Shown here: piece after piece, positions 61,261 to 64,000 of the stretch
Numbering within the stretch: position 1 is the first letter of the stretch
How the letters are laid out: each line of letters opens with the position of its first letter
NCBI GenBank assembly: GCA_000004695.1
Contig: CM000153.2
Coordinates: forward strand, 2,144,001 to 2,208,000
Reading direction: 5' to 3'
DNA length: 64,000 bases
Origin: Dictyostelium discoideum
Lineage: Eukaryota
The notes under the pieces: generated by a model
Database searches by the model: none
What the model was told of the DNA's origin: nothing
Seen by the model: only the letters and a program-made list of their open reading frames with translations
Position numbers and translations under genes: made by a program

Positions 61261-61666
61261 TTTCCACTGTTGATTTGAAATTTATTTATTTTTAAAAATA
61301 TCTATTATAAAATTATTTTAATATTTTAATTTATAGATTTAAAAGATATAATTATCTTTTTCATTTCTTTATTAAAAAATTAATTTTAATATCTAAATTA
61401 ATAAATTTATTAAATATTATCCAAATGAAAAAATAGTTTGGAAATCCTAAATAAAATTAAATTTAAATAATTCATTCATTTATTGTTAATTATTGTTTGC
61501 AATAATAAATAATATAAAATAATAAAATTAAGATTATTTAAAACAATAATAGGTATTCTTTTATTGATTATTTTTTTCTTTTCAGTTTCTTCTTAAAGAT
61601 TTTAAGATTGTTTTTTTTTTTTGTTGCTTTTTTTTTACATTTGTCGATTAAAATATTTAATATTAT

Positions 61667-63051
61667 TTATTGTTTGGTGGTTTGACATTCGTTGAAAATA
61701 GAATTTTTAAATACTTGAGACATGATACCTTGAACTTGTTCTATTGTGACCTTTGAACTATATAGAGGAATATATATAAATATAATAATTAATATTAATT
61801 ATTAAATGTTTACAAAAAAATATTAAAAAAAAAAAAAAAAAATAAGTTATTATGTTACATACCTATCTTTACTAACTTTTGAAAGTAAACTTTCTTCTTT
61901 CTTTTTATCTAAAATACTTGATCTTGAATGGCTGAGTTGAGTTTCAGCTTGTTCTAATTTTTCGCTAAGATCATTAATTTGACCTGTAATATAATCACGA
62001 TTCTATTTTTTAAAAAAGAAAAAAAAAAAAAAATAAAAAATAAAAAAATTAGGAACTATAATATAATAATAATGGTAACAAAGAATATTGATTTGAAAAT
62101 TTTTGATAATAGTTACACTGAAAATTGGTGATGAAGAAAGAGTATTAACCCAATATTTGTTCCAAAGTTTATCGAGTAATTGTTGATCTAAAGATGATTT
62201 GAAATAGGTAATCTCTAAAGAGTAATATTGTTTGCAATGTACACCAAAATCTTCAATCTTTGATAATGGAATTGATTGATATTCTGATGGACCTTCATTA
62301 GGTGGTTTATAACCTTGTGGATATGTTCTAAATGCACCAATTTCAACTTTACCTGCTGAAACTGTACGTGTTGGATCAATCTAAATAATAAATATTATGA
62401 AATTAATTAAATAAATAAATAAATTATAAATTATAAATTATTAATTTTAAATACTTACAACAATACCTAACCATGGTTCAGAATATTGTTGATTTACAGA
62501 TTGAGTACCAACATCAATACCAGATAACCAACAACCATAACCTGGATGACTGTGATACCAACCTAAAGCATTTTCAAGTCTACCAGTTTGTTTAATTAAT
62601 TCAAGATATTCAACCATGTATTCATAAGCTTCAACTTGTGCGTTTACTCTTGTCTCTGTACCTTCAACTGGTAATGCAAATGAATCCATAATGATCATTG
62701 TATTATTTTCAACTTTACCCATTAACATACCCATAACTTCTAATTTACCACCAGATCTAGCATGCATAACCATCTTTAATAATGCAATTGCTGATATTTT
62801 AACATGTTTAAAATAATGAGGACTAATTTTTTTAAAAAAAAAAAAAAAAGAATATTGGTTAGAATTTAATTGAAGTAATAAATAAATAATGATAATTATT
62901 TTTATAGATACTCTTTTGACCATGGTTTTGATTGTAAAAATTGTTGATATTGTTGAGGATCATATTTAAATAATTGATCATGATCTATGGTTTGAATGTT
63001 ATTTTCAAGTTCAAAAGTTTTTAAAGCATCTGCTGCTCCATTTTTTGACAT
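61667..63051 (-). CDS. csn5: COP9 signalosome subunit 5 (CSN5/JAB1, JAMM/MPN+ metalloprotease); 5 exons: 63051-62912, 62822-62459, 62380-62117, 62002-61863, 61757-61667; ~332 aa
   Basis: Colinear with human COPS5. KPWSKD|[62 protein letters not shown] aligns with [68 protein letters not shown]. The JAMM motif [18 protein letters not shown] is present. [21 protein letters not shown] aligns with [43 protein letters not shown] aligns with [22 protein letters not shown]. The C-terminal IMSQVFKN aligns with LMSQVIKD. Donors are GTATCT, GTAAGT, GTAACT and GTATGT. Confidence 0.9.
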
Positions 63052-63693
63052 CTTAAATAATAGATTTTTATATATTTGTTTTTTTTTTTTTTAAATTAAA
63101 TTTAAAAATAAAAAAAAAATTTTGATTTTTTTTTTTTTTTTATTGATTTTTTTTTTTTTTTTTTTTATTATTTTTTTGTGAAAAAAAAAAATTTCCATGA
63201 TGTTAAGAACTTCAATTTAGTTCCTTATTATTTCCCAATTGATTTCATTAAGTTTTTATTTTTATTTTTATTTTTTTATTTTTTTAATTTTTTAATTTTT
63301 TTTTTTTTCATCACTAACTAAAGCAATGAAATAAATAAATAAATAAATAAAAGTCAATAATTAATATTAAAAAAAAAAATAATAAAAAAAAAAAAAAATA
63401 AAAAAAAATTAAAATTAAATAAAAATTTTTAATTTTAAAATTTCAATAAAAAAAAATAAAATAAAATAAAAACAAAAAAAATAAAAAAAAAACTCATTAT
63501 TATTTATTTTTTACAACTATCACTACTATAAATTTAAAGTTTTTTTTATTTCTTTTTATTCATATTTTTTTTTTTATTAACTTTTTTTTTTTATCATAAC
63601 CTTCAACTTCCCAACTCTTTTTTTATCTCCTCAATTTCACTTTTTATTTTTTTTTTTAAAAAAAAAAAACAAAAAAAAAAAAAAAAAAGAAAA

Positions 63694-64000
63694 TGAACAA
63701 CAATTTTACAAGAAATGGTATGAATGATTCACCATTTAGCAAACCAAAAATGCCAACTTCAAGTTCTACAATCAACCAAAATCCTTTTAATCAAGATCTA
63801 TCTTATTTTAGTTCAAATTATGGAAAACCTTCTGCAAAAACTAAACCAACTCCACAAAATCCATTTAATGCAACAACTACAACAACAGCAGCGACAATTA
63901 CAAAAACCCCACCAATCCTCGACTCCAAAAGCAATCAATTAAATTTTTTAGAGTCACCCCCATCTTTTGTGAACAAACCAAGAAATGTAAAAATATTAAA
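63694..64000 (+). CDS. 5' end of a gene running off the window (MNNNFTRNGMNDSPFSKPKMPTSSSTINQNPFNQDLSYFSSNYGKPSAKTKPTPQNPFNATTTTTAATITKTPPILDSK...)
   Basis: ATG at 63694 opens a frame that stays stop-free to the window end, with Dictyostelium codon bias. The track ORF 63724-63942 is in a different frame and looks spurious. Confidence 0.4.

Overview
The window is AT-rich (about 75-80% A+T) eukaryotic nuclear DNA with the hallmarks of a Dictyostelium-type social amoeba genome. It has long homopolymer A/T tracts and abundant (AAT)n, (CAA)n and (ATA)n microsatellites, many of them in-frame within coding sequence as poly-N or poly-Q. Introns are short and A/T-rich, mostly with GTAAGT, GTATGT or GTAAAT donors. 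Codon usage is strongly TTA/AAA/GGT/CCA biased. There are three 100-N assembly gaps. No prokaryotic features such as CRISPR arrays or operons are present, and no tRNA or rRNA genes were found.

From the six-frame track and manual splice reconstruction I assign about 18 protein-coding genes, most of them spliced. Those with clear family assignments are:
- a V-ATPase subunit C (vatC-like)
- a NOM1/Sgd1-like MIF4G/MA3 nucleolar protein
- a type II-anchored GT49-type (LARGE/B4GAT1-like, gnt-type) glycosyltransferase
- a polytopic membrane protein with aberrantly GC-rich codons
- a bacterial-type DUF885 protein
- a RhoGAP
- a SYF2 splicing factor
- a TRM1 tRNA methyltransferase with a C-terminal CCCH finger
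- a CCR4-NOT subunit 2
- a Tctex-type dynein light chain
- a CID-domain (RPRD-like) protein
- a glycyl-tRNA synthetase with an apparent dual mitochondrial/cytosolic start
- a Frizzled/Smoothened-like 7TM receptor
- an FHA-domain protein
- a very long poly-Q/poly-N C2H2 zinc-finger protein
- a CSN5/JAB1 signalosome subunit

Partial genes run off both ends of the window.

The 3' third (about 49.1-61.6 kb) is strikingly gene-poor. It holds gaps, GT-rich tracts, a perfectly duplicated ~310 bp segment abutting a gap, and a ~1.7 kb stretch of complex, coding-like but stop-riddled sequence (candidate pseudogene or transposon relic).

The most unusual coding features are two putatively horizontally acquired genes (the GC-rich permease-like ORF and the DUF885 gene) and recurrent non-canonical GTTTGT splice donors. 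A Tctex intron also has a cryptic acceptor that rescues a conserved beta-strand.
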